64,000 nt of DNA from Elusimicrobiota bacterium (GTDB lineage: Bacteria; Elusimicrobiota; Elusimicrobia; F11): contig JBGAON010000001.1 of the NCBI GenBank assembly GCA_044221725.1, forward strand, positions 96,001 to 160,000, in the 5' to 3' direction. Position 1 is the first letter of the stretch. The number at the start of each line of letters is the position of its first letter. Shown piece after piece: positions 1 to 9,586 of the stretch. The position numbers were made by a program, and so were the translations under genes. A model generated the notes under the pieces. It saw nothing but the letters and a program-made list of their open reading frames with translations. It searched no databases and was not told where the DNA came from.

Positions 1-25
1 CCCCGTTTAGGAGCCATTGTCACGC

Positions 26-44
26 CGTTAAGATTTCGTTAAGA
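26..44 (-). promoter_or_regulatory. Putative KdpE (OmpR-family) binding site for a gene left of the window
   Basis: Direct repeat CGTTAAGA at 26-33 and 37-44 (11-bp period) just downstream of kdpE. Confidence 0.5.
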
Positions 45-73
45 CGAGGAGGGTGCTGGGCGGGAAAAAACAA

Positions 74-778
74 TTAATCTTCTGGGGCTTCCAGACGATA
101 ACCGACACCAGGCTCCGTTTTCAGGCATTTGGGCCTAACAGGGTCGGGTTCGATTTTCTGGCGTAGCTGGTGGACAAATATCCGCGCGGTTTCTGGCGTG
201 GCGGTAGCATCGTTTCCCCATACTTCTTTAATCAACATTTTTTGGCTTACCACGCGACCTGCATTACGGACAAGGACTGAAAGAACGTCATATTGCTTCG
301 GCGAAAGATGAGTTTCCTTTTTTCTAACCCACACTTTTCTGGCCACCAAATCGACCTTCAGCCCTTCACGTTCATACACTGGCGGTGAATCGTTTGGGCC
401 TCTGTCAATATGACGAACGGCCACGCGAAGTCTCGCCATGAGTTCGCCCACACTGAAAGGCTTGGTCAAATAATCATCGGCACCAGCGTCTAAACCGGCA
501 ATTTTGTCGTTCTCTTTCCCTCGAGCCGAAATGATAATGACGGGAGCCGAAGTCCATTGGCGCAACGATTTCAAGACGACCAGCCCATCTTGATCTGGTA
601 ATCCAAGATCAAGCAGGATGACATGAGGTTTTTTTGAAGCGGCAGATTCAAGACCCATACGGCCCGTCGTCGCCTCAATAATGTTCCAACCTGTTTTCTC
701 CAACGACGTGCGTAAGAACTGAAGGATCGCGGGTTCATCTTCAATTATGAGAAGTGTTCGTTCAGTGTCCATTTTCAC
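74..778 (-). CDS. kdpE: KdpE-type OmpR-family response regulator
   Basis: Receiver motifs IIEDE, LLDLGLPD, GADDYLTKPF; wHTH end LRQKIEPDPVRP..TEPGVGYR typical of KdpE; overlaps upstream kinase. Confidence 0.9.
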   Translation of the reverse strand: MKMDTERTLLIIEDEPAILQFLRTSLEKTGWNIIEATTGRMGLESAASKKPHVILLDLGLPDQDGLVVLKSLRQWTSAPVIIISARGKENDKIAGLDAGADDYLTKPFSVGELMARLRVAVRHIDRGPNDSPPVYEREGLKVDLVARKVWVRKKETHLSPKQYDVLSVLVRNAGRVVSQKMLIKEVWGNDATATPETARIFVHQLRQKIEPDPVRPKCLKTEPGVGYRLEAPED

Positions 779-2246
779 TCATAGGAAGTGTGAAACGGAA
801 CATGGCCCCGCCTCCCATCCTATTCTCCGCCCATATTTTTCCGCCGTGCGCCGACACGATGGCCCGGCAAATCGCCAATCCCAAACCCGCACCGGAAGAG
901 GAGCGCGCATGGAAAAATTTCTCAAACACACGTTCGACATCAGATTCATTTAATCCAGATCCCCGATCAGCGACAGTTACGCTTACCATTCCCTGCTGCA
1001 GCGTGGCGCCTATATCAATCGCGCTTTTGACAGGAGTATGGCGAATGGCGTTCTCCAACAAATTAATAAATACCTGCTCGATCAACATTCCATCGAGCGG
1101 CACGGCAGGCAAATCCTGAGGTAGTTTTACATCAACCTTTCGATCTTGGAGAGATTTCTCGAGCCGGCCTAACGCGCTTCCGACAATCTCTTCCAACGGA
1201 TAAAGCTCCTTTTTTATTTGCACGGCTCCCGATTCAAGGCGGGTTGCCTCCAACAGATTCTGCACCAACTTTGAAAGGCGCTCTGCTTCCGATTGAATTG
1301 TTTCCAATAGTTCCAAACCCTTGGGGCCTTTCCGCATCTCTTCGTTTCCTATGAGGGTGCTGGCCGACCCCACTATTGCTGTCAGCGGGGTCCGAAGATC
1401 ATGTGAGACTGAACTTAAGAGAGAACTCCGAAGCCGCTCTGTTTCCACTTCGACCTCGACTTTTTTAGCGTTCTCCTGCAATTTGTCGACTTCCAAGGCG
1501 AGCGCGATCTGATGGGCAAAAGAATCGAGCAATAGCCTTTGCTCTTTTACCATCGTTTGATCTTTTACACGCGGACTGATGCTCATGACTCCAACCGAAC
1601 CTTCCGCTCCCACGAGCGGAACATACAAGGAATTTTCTGATGGGACGGATTGAGTGCCCAATCCTGCGGGTTGCTCTTGGTCATAAGCCCATTGAGCGAT
1701 GCCAATCTCTTTTTCCGTTGGGATATTTTTACCCGAGTCTGCATTTGCCACCAAACGATCATTCGAGTTTGGAAGGAATATAACGACATCAGAATTAAAT
1801 ACTTCTGAGATTTGACGAACCGCCATACTCAAAACATCCTCCAATCCTCGCGCTTTGGCAAGCTGTTGAGTGAACGCATGCATCAAAGTCATTCTCGACT
1901 GACCTTGCCGGGCGGCTTCCGCCTCTGATCTCAGGCGAATTGTTAAATGACTAATCACCATCGCGGCGATAAACATGACGATAAAAGTCCAGATATATTG
2001 GGCATCCGATACCGCAAACGAAAAACGCGGCGGAACGAAGAAAAAATCGAAGCAAAGAACACCAAGTGTGGCGCAAAGGGCTGATGGTCCCCGCCCACCT
2101 CTCGTCGCGACGACAAGTGTTCCCAATAAATAAATCATGACGAGGTTGGTAAGTTCGAAAAACGGAAACATCGCGAATGAGACAGCCGTGCATAAGCCCA
2201 CCACGACAATTGAAAAGAGGAATTGATTACGAAGAACTTTATTCAC
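762..2246 (-). CDS. kdpD: KdpD-like sensor histidine kinase (4TM-GAF-HisKA-HATPase) lacking the N-terminal cytoplasmic domain
   Basis: Four TM helices with FDFFFVPPRFSF, H-box SSVSHDLRTPL, NLLENA, GAGLGLAIC; only 494 aa. Confidence 0.85.
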   Translation of the reverse strand: MNKVLRNQFLFSIVVVGLCTAVSFAMFPFFELTNLVMIYLLGTLVVATRGGRGPSALCATLGVLCFDFFFVPPRFSFAVSDAQYIWTFIVMFIAAMVISHLTIRLRSEAEAARQGQSRMTLMHAFTQQLAKARGLEDVLSMAVRQISEVFNSDVVIFLPNSNDRLVANADSGKNIPTEKEIGIAQWAYDQEQPAGLGTQSVPSENSLYVPLVGAEGSVGVMSISPRVKDQTMVKEQRLLLDSFAHQIALALEVDKLQENAKKVEVEVETERLRSSLLSSVSHDLRTPLTAIVGSASTLIGNEEMRKGPKGLELLETIQSEAERLSKLVQNLLEATRLESGAVQIKKELYPLEEIVGSALGRLEKSLQDRKVDVKLPQDLPAVPLDGMLIEQVFINLLENAIRHTPVKSAIDIGATLQQGMVSVTVADRGSGLNESDVERVFEKFFHARSSSGAGLGLAICRAIVSAHGGKIWAENRMGGGAMFRFTLPMSENGH

Positions 2247-2544
2247 GATAAATTCATTTTACTTGTTACCCCTATAAAGAGCATCTGAAACGTCCTCCTT
2301 TTGTGTTGGTTTCGTCGCTTGAAGAAGGTAGTCCTTCCCCGATCAAACAATCCATAAATTGATTCGCCAAATTTCGAGGAGTCGGAATCGATTTGAGTTA
2401 TTGGGCTAGTTTGACGACAAAAGCCCTTGATTGATTCGCGAACTCGCTGTACTTGGGTCCGGACAAAGCGGAAAAATAACCCAAACGGGGCAACGGGTTA
2501 CACGAACGGCGCAACGTGGGCGAGATTAGGAGGCATTTAAGGGT

Positions 2545-2781
2545 ATGCAGAACACCATCAAATTCAAAGTGGACGACTGGGTAGAAATTGTTGAGGCGCT
2601 CGGATCAAAGATCGGCATGATTGAATCCGGCCAGCTCGGGCCGGAGGATCAGCGCGGGCAAGACAAGGAATGGATCGCGCATTTACGCCGGATCATCCGA
2701 AAAATCGAAGGCCCAAAATGCGAAGGCGTGAACTTCGCCGTTTTCAAGAAAACAGTCACAACAAAAAAAGGAGGACGCTAA
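2545..2781 (+). CDS. Small hypothetical protein
   Basis: 78-aa ORF with AGGAGG RBS, first of a tightly coupled run. Confidence 0.7.
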   Translation: MQNTIKFKVDDWVEIVEALGSKIGMIESGQLGPEDQRGQDKEWIAHLRRIIRKIEGPKCEGVNFAVFKKTVTTKKGGR

Positions 2782-2782
2782 C

Positions 2783-3256
2783 ATGAACGCCATCGACGCA
2801 AAAGTAGGTCAGAAGTACCTGTCAAAAAAAGGAACACCTGTCACGGTAGTCGGCCACAAGGGCGACAAAGTAACCCTAAAAATCAGCGGATCCGAAAATG
2901 AAATCGACGTCGTTAAAAACTACGAGTTGAAGCCCTATCGGGACGCGGAGGTCAACAAGGAGGCAAAGATTCTTATCCGCGCCAGTGGTGGCGGTCAGGG
3001 CAAAGGCGGTCGAAAGCCGAGCAAAGAATCGCTCTCCGCTACCATTGACCCCATGCTCTTCGCGGGCGGAAAGACCGTAAAGGAAATTGCGGAACTCGCG
3101 ATTAAAAACGCGCCCGATCTCGTGAAAGGAAAAGATGTCGAGGCCAACGTGCGCGCCCGCATGGTTTCTTTTTCCCGCAAAGGGTGGAAGATCGAGAAGG
3201 ACGATACGAAACACGTATGCGTTATCAAGCCGAAGGAGGTTGCCCATGCGAATTAA
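2783..3256 (+). CDS. Lys-rich hypothetical protein, possible N-terminal SH3/KOW-like and C-terminal winged-helix domains
   Basis: AGGAGG RBS; C-terminal GGKTVKEIAELA..VEANVRARM..GWKIEK resembles wHTH. Confidence 0.65.
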   Translation: MNAIDAKVGQKYLSKKGTPVTVVGHKGDKVTLKISGSENEIDVVKNYELKPYRDAEVNKEAKILIRASGGGQGKGGRKPSKESLSATIDPMLFAGGKTVKEIAELAIKNAPDLVKGKDVEANVRARMVSFSRKGWKIEKDDTKHVCVIKPKEVAHAN

Positions 3257-3557
3257 CCAAGGCGACAAGTTTTGGGTAGTGGTCGACGCCAAATCGACCA
3301 GCGAATTGAGCGACATCCTGTTTGAGACGACCATAGATGGGCTGGAGCGCCAATTCAAAGGAGGGTTGACCTCGGACGACAACGTCACCATCTTCGCAGA
3401 CCATAACGAGGCGGCGATGGAGGCGCACCGACGCATGACCGCCGTCAACGTGGCCGAGGCGATCAAGAACATGGCCTCGGCCGACAGCATGAAGAAGGCC
3501 AAAACAGTCGAATTCAAATCCGCCTCCGGCGCGGTGGTGTTTTCCGTGAAATTATGA
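3246..3557 (+). CDS. Hypothetical protein (start reassigned to MRINQG)
   Basis: AAGGAGG RBS before ATG 3246; ATGA overlap with recombinase. Confidence 0.65.
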   Translation: MRINQGDKFWVVVDAKSTSELSDILFETTIDGLERQFKGGLTSDDNVTIFADHNEAAMEAHRRMTAVNVAEAIKNMASADSMKKAKTVEFKSASGAVVFSVKL

Positions 3558-4444
3558 CGGTTAACGCGGCTCTCTTGGCCCGGTTTCTCACCCATCTCCG
3601 CGTGGAGCGCGGGTTGTCAAAATCTACGGAGATCACGTACCGCCATCAACTTCTCGCCTATCTAAACTTCCTCGACCAGAACCGTCAAAGCGTTGAGTCC
3701 GCGACGCACGATGACGTCATGGCGTTTCAAGAACAACGAAAGAACCTGGGGCTTAAATCCGCCTCCCTTTTCATCTCTGCGGTGACGATACGGCAGTTCC
3801 ACCGCTTCCTCAAAGGCCGGGGCCACGCGTCATCCGACCCGACAAGCGAATTCCGGCTGCCAAAATTCAAGCAGCGGATTCCGCAGCCCATCAACGCGAA
3901 CGATATGGAAAAATTGTTGGAGTCTGCTCCCAGTCAAAAGTTCACGGTCATTCGTAACCACGCCATGCTCGAACTTGCCTTCGGGACGGGCATGCGAGTT
4001 ACCGAACTGACTGGCCTCAATGTCAACCAAATCAATTTGACCGAAGGGTGGGTCCGAGTTTTGGGAAAGGGGTCCAAGGAGCGAATCATTCCGGTGGGCA
4101 CCAAAGCCATCGAAGCTTTGGCCATTTATCTTGAAGCCAGGAAGTCGCGATACCCCAATGAGGACGGGCCTTTGTTTGTTAATTCGAGGGGAAAAAGGCT
4201 AACACGGGCGGGATTCTGGTGGCTTTTGCGAGGGAAGGCCAACCAGAAAGGCATCAAGGCAAGAATCTCTCCACACCAACTGAGGCATAGCTATGCCACG
4301 GCCCTTTTGGAGGGCGGCGCCTCGTTGAGAACAATTCAGGTTTTAATGGGGCACGAGCGACTGGATACCCTGCAAAAATATACTCACGTGAGCGCGAAAC
4401 TTCTGAGAGAAACCTGCCGCAAAAGCCACCCACGATTCTCCTGA
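3554..4444 (+). CDS. XerC/XerD-like tyrosine recombinase
   Basis: N-terminal HLRVERGLS..T..Y; catalytic R (TGMRVTEL), K (GKGSKER), HQLRH, LMGH, Y (QKYTHV). Confidence 0.9.
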   Translation: MTVNAALLARFLTHLRVERGLSKSTEITYRHQLLAYLNFLDQNRQSVESATHDDVMAFQEQRKNLGLKSASLFISAVTIRQFHRFLKGRGHASSDPTSEFRLPKFKQRIPQPINANDMEKLLESAPSQKFTVIRNHAMLELAFGTGMRVTELTGLNVNQINLTEGWVRVLGKGSKERIIPVGTKAIEALAIYLEARKSRYPNEDGPLFVNSRGKRLTRAGFWWLLRGKANQKGIKARISPHQLRHSYATALLEGGASLRTIQVLMGHERLDTLQKYTHVSAKLLRETCRKSHPRFS

Positions 4445-4463
4445 ATGCAGAACTGCGGAATGA

Positions 4464-4513
4464 TGGACTAATTTCACAAACAGTTTTACAAGTAGTCCAA
4501 AACCGTCTAAAAT
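4464..4513 (+). promoter_or_regulatory. Sigma70-type promoter for the ATPase/protease pair with overlapping palindrome
   Basis: TTTACA (4485-4490)-17 bp-TAAAAT (4508-4513); inverted repeat TGGACTA (4464-4470)/TAGTCCA (4493-4499). Confidence 0.6.
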
Positions 4514-4523
4514 CCTCGTTATC

Positions 4524-5627
4524 ATGACGGTGAATCAAGTGGAAGAAAAAACACAGTTGGATTCTAGTTTAGTCCAATTGGCCCGGTTGGCGCTCAGTGG
4601 ACGGCGGCAAGATATTGAACTTTTTATCCGCCGACTCATCCATAACAATGGATTGTCCGTCGATGCCTCAAAAAAGCTGACGCGGCTTCTTCAAGACTCG
4701 CCTACCAAGAACTCTCCGCTTCGCAACGAGACGTTTCCCGCTCTTCCCGTGGATATGGATTCGCGGCTTCAACTCTTACGACAGGAATATCCTGCGGTGA
4801 TCGATCAAGAGCCGATTTGGGCTCCCAGTGTACGGAGCAACCTAGAACAGATCATTCAGGAACGCGAGCAAGAATCGAATTTGATCCGGGCCGGCATTCA
4901 GCCCAGCCGGTCTTTGCTTTTTACAGGAGAGCCGGGCGTTGGAAAATCTTTAGCGGCCCGCTGGCTCGCCAACAAACTCCAACTTCCTCTGTTGATTCTT
5001 GATTTGTCCGCTGTCATGAGCAGTTTTTTGGGGCGCACTGGGGCCAACGTGCGGAACGTGATCGACTACGCCAAGGGGAGCCGTGCAATTCTTCTCCTGG
5101 ATGAATTCGATGCGATTGCGAAACGGCGCGACGACGCCGTAGAGGTGGGCGAGTTAAAACGCCTTGTGACGGTTCTTCTCCAAGAGATAGATGACTGGCC
5201 ATCAACCGGAATTCTCATCGCGGCCACCAATCATTCCAACCTACTTGATCCCGCTGTCTGGCGGCGGTTTGATCTTCTCGTCGAGTTTCCCATGCCAACG
5301 GAAGAACAAGTAGGCGAAAAAATAAAGAATGTTTTTGGCGCTGACTCTGAATTGTCCCAGGAGTGGATTGATATTTTGCGCCTGCTTTTGGCGGGATCGT
5401 CATTCGCGGAAATAGAACGAGAGTTGCTCACCATTCGCCGTCGAGCAATTATTAGTCAATCGTCGCATCAAGACCTGATCACGGAATTTGTTAAAAGCAA
5501 AACACAACAACTCAGGAATAAGACCCGTGTTAATATCGCCCAACGCCTGATCGAGTTGGGCTACTCTCAAAGACGAGCTCATGAATGGACAGGCGTAAGC
5601 CGAGACACAATAAGAAAGACGATCTAG
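4524..5627 (+). CDS. ietA: AAA+ ATPase, IetA-like, with C-terminal HTH
   Basis: Walker A GEPGVGKS, Walker B LLLDEFD, AATNH..LDPAVWRRFD; directly upstream of an S8 protease. Confidence 0.8.
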   Translation: MTVNQVEEKTQLDSSLVQLARLALSGRRQDIELFIRRLIHNNGLSVDASKKLTRLLQDSPTKNSPLRNETFPALPVDMDSRLQLLRQEYPAVIDQEPIWAPSVRSNLEQIIQEREQESNLIRAGIQPSRSLLFTGEPGVGKSLAARWLANKLQLPLLILDLSAVMSSFLGRTGANVRNVIDYAKGSRAILLLDEFDAIAKRRDDAVEVGELKRLVTVLLQEIDDWPSTGILIAATNHSNLLDPAVWRRFDLLVEFPMPTEEQVGEKIKNVFGADSELSQEWIDILRLLLAGSSFAEIERELLTIRRRAIISQSSHQDLITEFVKSKTQQLRNKTRVNIAQRLIELGYSQRRAHEWTGVSRDTIRKTI

Positions 5628-7876
5628 CTTCAGCCCAATCTCCGGCTACCCGGGCCAATTACATCCTGGCTCATGGGGAACGGCTTACCAAACCGGTCAG
5701 TATTCCTCGCGGCGCTGGTGAGAAAGTTCATCCCTATTCCTTCGCCGAGGCCAAAGACCGCCTTCGCCCTCAGATAAAAAAAGTCGTCGAAACCGTTTTC
5801 GCTCTGCCAGCGGACACCTGCCCCAACGATGAAACCGTCATCGGTCTCACGCTTCATCCTTCTTACCTGGCCAAGTCTTATTTCCCAGTCAATCTTCTTC
5901 GCGCCTTAAACTTGCGAGTAGTAGGAAGTCAACGGAAGATGATTTCTCCTGAGAAAACGGTGGGCAAAAAAACGTCAGGAGAAGTTCCGACCGTTGAGTT
6001 ATTTGTGGCAGGACAGCGAAGTGCCATTCAGCGGTTAGCGGAACGGCAAGACAAATGGAATCCTCGATCCACGGAAGCTCAAGACCTGATCCGGATCGAG
6101 AGGATTCAACCCATCAAGCCGGAAGACAAATTTGTTCCTTTTGATTCCAAGGAGGAAGTACCGCTCCTTGAAATTGTTCTCCACGCTTCCAAGAACGCTG
6201 AATCGCGTTACATTGTGGAAGGTTTTTTCAAATTTCTCTCCGGCCTGGGGATCGAGGCCAAGTATTCTGAAAAGAAGCTTTTCGTTGGCGGCTTGTGCTT
6301 TATTCCGCTTCGAGCGCCTCAATCATTGATTCCAAAAATCATCTCCTATTCCTTCTTACGAGTTCTCCGAAAGATGCCGTCTCTGCGGAGCTTCCTTCCG
6401 TTGCTTCGCATGGCCACGAAGACCGAGCCTTTCCCTTTTGATTCTCCTGAGGGAGGCCCTATAAATCCGGATATCCACACAGTTGTTATGGACGGAGGAA
6501 TACCCAGCAATGCAAATCTGAGTCGTTGGGTTCACTACGAAAAGGCTCCTGGCGTAACCGAGGAGGATGAGGATGGACTCAAGCACGGCCTTACCGTCAC
6601 CTCGGCCGTGCTCTTTGGTCCGCTTCAGAAGGACGCTCCGGTTTCCTTTCCGTTCTCACGATTGGATCATTACTGCGTTCTCGGAAAAAACGACCAGGGA
6701 GATTTCATTTACGATGTTCTCGCTCGCGTGATTTCCGTCCTTGAATCCAAGCGGTATGAATTCGCCAACCTAAGCCTCGGACCACGTCTTCCTATCGAAG
6801 ACAACCATGTCGATCCGTGGACATCGGTGATTGACCAAGTGCTCTCGGATGGGAAAATTTTCTTGACAGTGGCCGTTGGCAACGATGGAGACAAAGACAG
6901 GCCCTCCGGCAACGCCCGCATTCAGATCCCTGCGGATTGTGTGAATGCCGTTTCGGTCGGCGCCGCCGATTCATTGTCGAGAATATGGCGGCGGGCTCCT
7001 TATAGTTCCATTGGGCCTGGACGAACACCTGGTTACTTCAAGCCGGATGTGGTTGCGTTTGGGGGGGCGGACGCGGAACCTTTTTGGGTCATCGATCCGC
7101 AGAATCCAGCGTCGACATTTCCAGCGGGAGGGACCAGCTACTCGTCGCCCGCCGCTTTGCGTATCGCTTTGGGCTTAAGATCTCAATACGGGGGCGACCT
7201 TAAACCGCTCGTACTTAAAGCCTTGCTTGTCCATCACAGCGACTCGCTCGGTCACGATAAGATCGAGGTTGGATGGGGAAGGATTCCGGCTTCACTCGAT
7301 GCTTATATGAAGTGTCCCCCGGGCACGATAAAAATTCTCTATCAAGGTGAACTCCCACCCAAAAAATATCTCCGGATCCCCGTGCCGCTGCCGAAGGAAA
7401 CCCTGAAAGGCAATGTGACAATCAAAGCCACTCTGTGTTACGCCACCGAAACCGATCCAGAGCATCCCTTCCATTACAGCCGGAGCGGTCTTGAAGTTAC
7501 TTTCCGGCCGCATTCAAAAGTTCGGTCCCGTCCGGAGCAAGAACAACCAAAAACCACGTCTTTTTTTAGGCCGGACGATCAATACATGACAGAAAGCGCG
7601 TTACGCCGGAGCGCTTTCAAATGGGAATCCACCTTGCATGGGCAGAAGAGAATGAGAGGAGCGAGTCTTGACGATCCCGTGTTCGATGTCCATTACATGG
7701 CGAGAACGGGGGGCAGGCCAGCGAAAGACCCCAAACCAATCGCGTATGCTTTCGTTTTAACGGTCGAAGCGCCCAATCACCCTGACCTCTATGACAACGT
7801 TGTCGTCAGGTATCGAACCCAACTGGAAGCGCTGCGACCTGTGGTTGAGATTCCCATCCAATCTCAGGGAATGTGA
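5585..7876 (+). CDS. ietS: S8 (subtilisin-like) serine protease, IetS-like
   Basis: Triad VMDGG / KHGLTV / GTSYSS, oxyanion AVGND, KPDVVAFGG; no signal peptide. Confidence 0.8.
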   Translation: MDRRKPRHNKKDDLASAQSPATRANYILAHGERLTKPVSIPRGAGEKVHPYSFAEAKDRLRPQIKKVVETVFALPADTCPNDETVIGLTLHPSYLAKSYFPVNLLRALNLRVVGSQRKMISPEKTVGKKTSGEVPTVELFVAGQRSAIQRLAERQDKWNPRSTEAQDLIRIERIQPIKPEDKFVPFDSKEEVPLLEIVLHASKNAESRYIVEGFFKFLSGLGIEAKYSEKKLFVGGLCFIPLRAPQSLIPKIISYSFLRVLRKMPSLRSFLPLLRMATKTEPFPFDSPEGGPINPDIHTVVMDGGIPSNANLSRWVHYEKAPGVTEEDEDGLKHGLTVTSAVLFGPLQKDAPVSFPFSRLDHYCVLGKNDQGDFIYDVLARVISVLESKRYEFANLSLGPRLPIEDNHVDPWTSVIDQVLSDGKIFLTVAVGNDGDKDRPSGNARIQIPADCVNAVSVGAADSLSRIWRRAPYSSIGPGRTPGYFKPDVVAFGGADAEPFWVIDPQNPASTFPAGGTSYSSPAALRIALGLRSQYGGDLKPLVLKALLVHHSDSLGHDKIEVGWGRIPASLDAYMKCPPGTIKILYQGELPPKKYLRIPVPLPKETLKGNVTIKATLCYATETDPEHPFHYSRSGLEVTFRPHSKVRSRPEQEQPKTTSFFRPDDQYMTESALRRSAFKWESTLHGQKRMRGASLDDPVFDVHYMARTGGRPAKDPKPIAYAFVLTVEAPNHPDLYDNVVVRYRTQLEALRPVVEIPIQSQGM

Positions 7877-7882
7877 TGGCAC

Positions 7883-8191
7883 TCACGCGGCGCGATTCTT
7901 TTTCAGCAAAGAGCCGATAGCCGAGAAAAGTCCCGTCAAATTTTTATCAATATCCCGCATGCTCGATGCCGCTCCTCCCGACCCGAGTCCGATCGCCAAA
8001 GACGTGAGCCAATCGTGTCCTTGAGATCGAGCGAATAAGCCGGCTGAAGCGATTCCAATCAAAATGGGTAAAAGAGCGTTCCACCCATGCGCTTTATCAC
8101 CCCACTGCTCGGTCTTCAGGATTTTTTTTGCTGCCGCGGTCACGAATGGAATTAATCCCGTGATCAACGCGATCATACTTGTTGGTTCCAT
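7883..8191 (-). CDS. Putative holin
   Basis: 102 aa, 2-3 hydrophobic segments, basic C-terminus, directly after endolysin. Confidence 0.65.
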   Translation of the reverse strand: MEPTSMIALITGLIPFVTAAAKKILKTEQWGDKAHGWNALLPILIGIASAGLFARSQGHDWLTSLAIGLGSGGAASSMRDIDKNLTGLFSAIGSLLKKNRAA

Positions 8192-8206
8192 CTGATGTTT
8201 CCTCCT

Positions 8207-8773
8207 CTATAACTCGGCTCGGAAAATTTGGAGATTCCATGAATTTCCTGGGCACGACTTTTGTCTTGGAATTTTTAACCGGTCAAACACCTCACGATGG
8301 CCGATGACCTGCTCTTTGGGAATTTTGAATGCGGCCATTAGGGCGCGGGTAACATTGAGGTTGAATTCCCAGAGTTCTGGCAGAGGTGAGATGGCGTCGT
8401 AATTCCCAATGCAACAGATCCCGATGAAATTTTCATTGAAGGCGTTTGATACTCCTGCGACACCGGCATGGGCTCCCACCATCGATAGAAGGCGTCCCCA
8501 CTGAAATACCGGTTTCCCATTCACCAGCTCCGTCCCGCCGTGATATCCCACAGCGTTCCACGGTTTCTGAAACGTTTTTCCTTGATGCACAGTTAATCTC
8601 CGTTCAAATTCTTCCTTGGTTACAATGTCGAAATCAATCCGGTAGCTGGTGTGGTATTTGATGATTGAGTCCCAGTCTCGCGTCACCTTGTCGGGTGATG
8701 CCGAATGGTGCCAACAAATGCCCTTCCATTTTCGTGCGCTGGCTATTGGAATGTTGAGTTTGAAAGCTGTCAT
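8207..8773 (-). CDS. Endolysin, N-acetylmuramoyl-L-alanine amidase (Amidase_2/T7 lysozyme-like)
   Basis: Zn-ligand pattern WHHSA, GYH, GAHA, IGICCIGN, IGHRE, KSCPG. Confidence 0.85.
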   Translation of the reverse strand: MTAFKLNIPIASARKWKGICWHHSASPDKVTRDWDSIIKYHTSYRIDFDIVTKEEFERRLTVHQGKTFQKPWNAVGYHGGTELVNGKPVFQWGRLLSMVGAHAGVAGVSNAFNENFIGICCIGNYDAISPLPELWEFNLNVTRALMAAFKIPKEQVIGHREVFDRLKIPRQKSCPGNSWNLQIFRAEL

Positions 8774-9151
8774 TTATCCTCCCAGAAGCCGGACCCGCAG
8801 AATTTGGTAGGCCATTGCCAAAAGTCCGCCCATAATTCCCGCAAACGACACCCAGAAGATTCCGGCCATAATACGGCCCAACACTTTCTCCAGATGAATA
8901 ACCGTTGATTTCTCCGCCGCGAGTTCATGCTGGATGTCATTTAATTTGACCGCGAGTTCGGTGATCTTGGCGGAGTTTTCCTGACCGGTTTTGGCGACGC
9001 CGAAATCGAGCCGGTTAAACAGGTGATCGATACGCTCCTTGGTAGAGTTGTCCTTTTGGAACAGCTCGCTCACTTGATCTTTCAGCTTGTCGAGCTTTTG
9101 ATCGACGGCGAGATACAAGGAATAGTCGTGACCTTCGGATTCTTTCTCCAA
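8774..9151 (-). CDS. Coiled-coil protein with C-terminal TM helix (lysis-module membrane protein)
   Basis: Heptad-rich N-part, single TM IMAGIFWVSFAGIMGGLLAMAY; abuts endolysin. Confidence 0.6.
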   Translation of the reverse strand: MEKESEGHDYSLYLAVDQKLDKLKDQVSELFQKDNSTKERIDHLFNRLDFGVAKTGQENSAKITELAVKLNDIQHELAAEKSTVIHLEKVLGRIMAGIFWVSFAGIMGGLLAMAYQILRVRLLGG

Positions 9152-9152
9152 T

Positions 9153-9584
9153 TTATTTCTCCTGATAATTTATGACGAAGAAGAATCTCTGCCCTGCGCC
9201 GGCCCCGGCCACAACTACGTTCACCGCTTCGTTCACGTTTCCATCAATATAGACGGGGGCAAGACTGCCCGATTCATCACTCCGGTAAATCTTGTGGATA
9301 AGTTTTCCACTCACCGCGAATCGAATGTCCGCTTCATAACCGGAAGCGGGCTCCGGCGTGATCATCACGCCTCGCACTGCCACTTTTTTTCCAGCGGATG
9401 GTGTCACGAGGGTGACTGTTCCATTGCCCACCTTCTCCAATGTGGCGGTAAGTAGGCCGACGCTATTAGCCGCAAGAACCACCGGAAGTGGATTTACATC
9501 TGATGCACGCCTTGTCTCTCCGTTTTGTTCGTAGAGAATAGTCGGGATACCGTTTCCGTCTCTGATTGCTGATTCGTTTGCCAT
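9153..9584 (-). CDS. Hypothetical virion-associated beta-rich protein
   Basis: 143-aa ORF coupled between tail and lysis genes; NPLPV motif common in phage structural proteins. Confidence 0.55.
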   Translation of the reverse strand: MANESAIRDGNGIPTILYEQNGETRRASDVNPLPVVLAANSVGLLTATLEKVGNGTVTLVTPSAGKKVAVRGVMITPEPASGYEADIRFAVSGKLIHKIYRSDESGSLAPVYIDGNVNEAVNVVVAGAGAGQRFFFVINYQEK

Positions 9585-9586
9585 GT

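Noticed and set aside
2247..2544. Left attachment site (duplicate of tRNA 3' end)
   Set aside because: No convincing match to CTGCCGGACTAGG by eye; CTTCCCCGATC and GTCCGGAC are too weak. Serine integrase cores can be very short, or the junction is outside the window
7883..9151. Spanin genes
   Set aside because: No lipobox-bearing or nested o-spanin ORF recognised; 8774-9151 has a C-terminal rather than N-terminal TM
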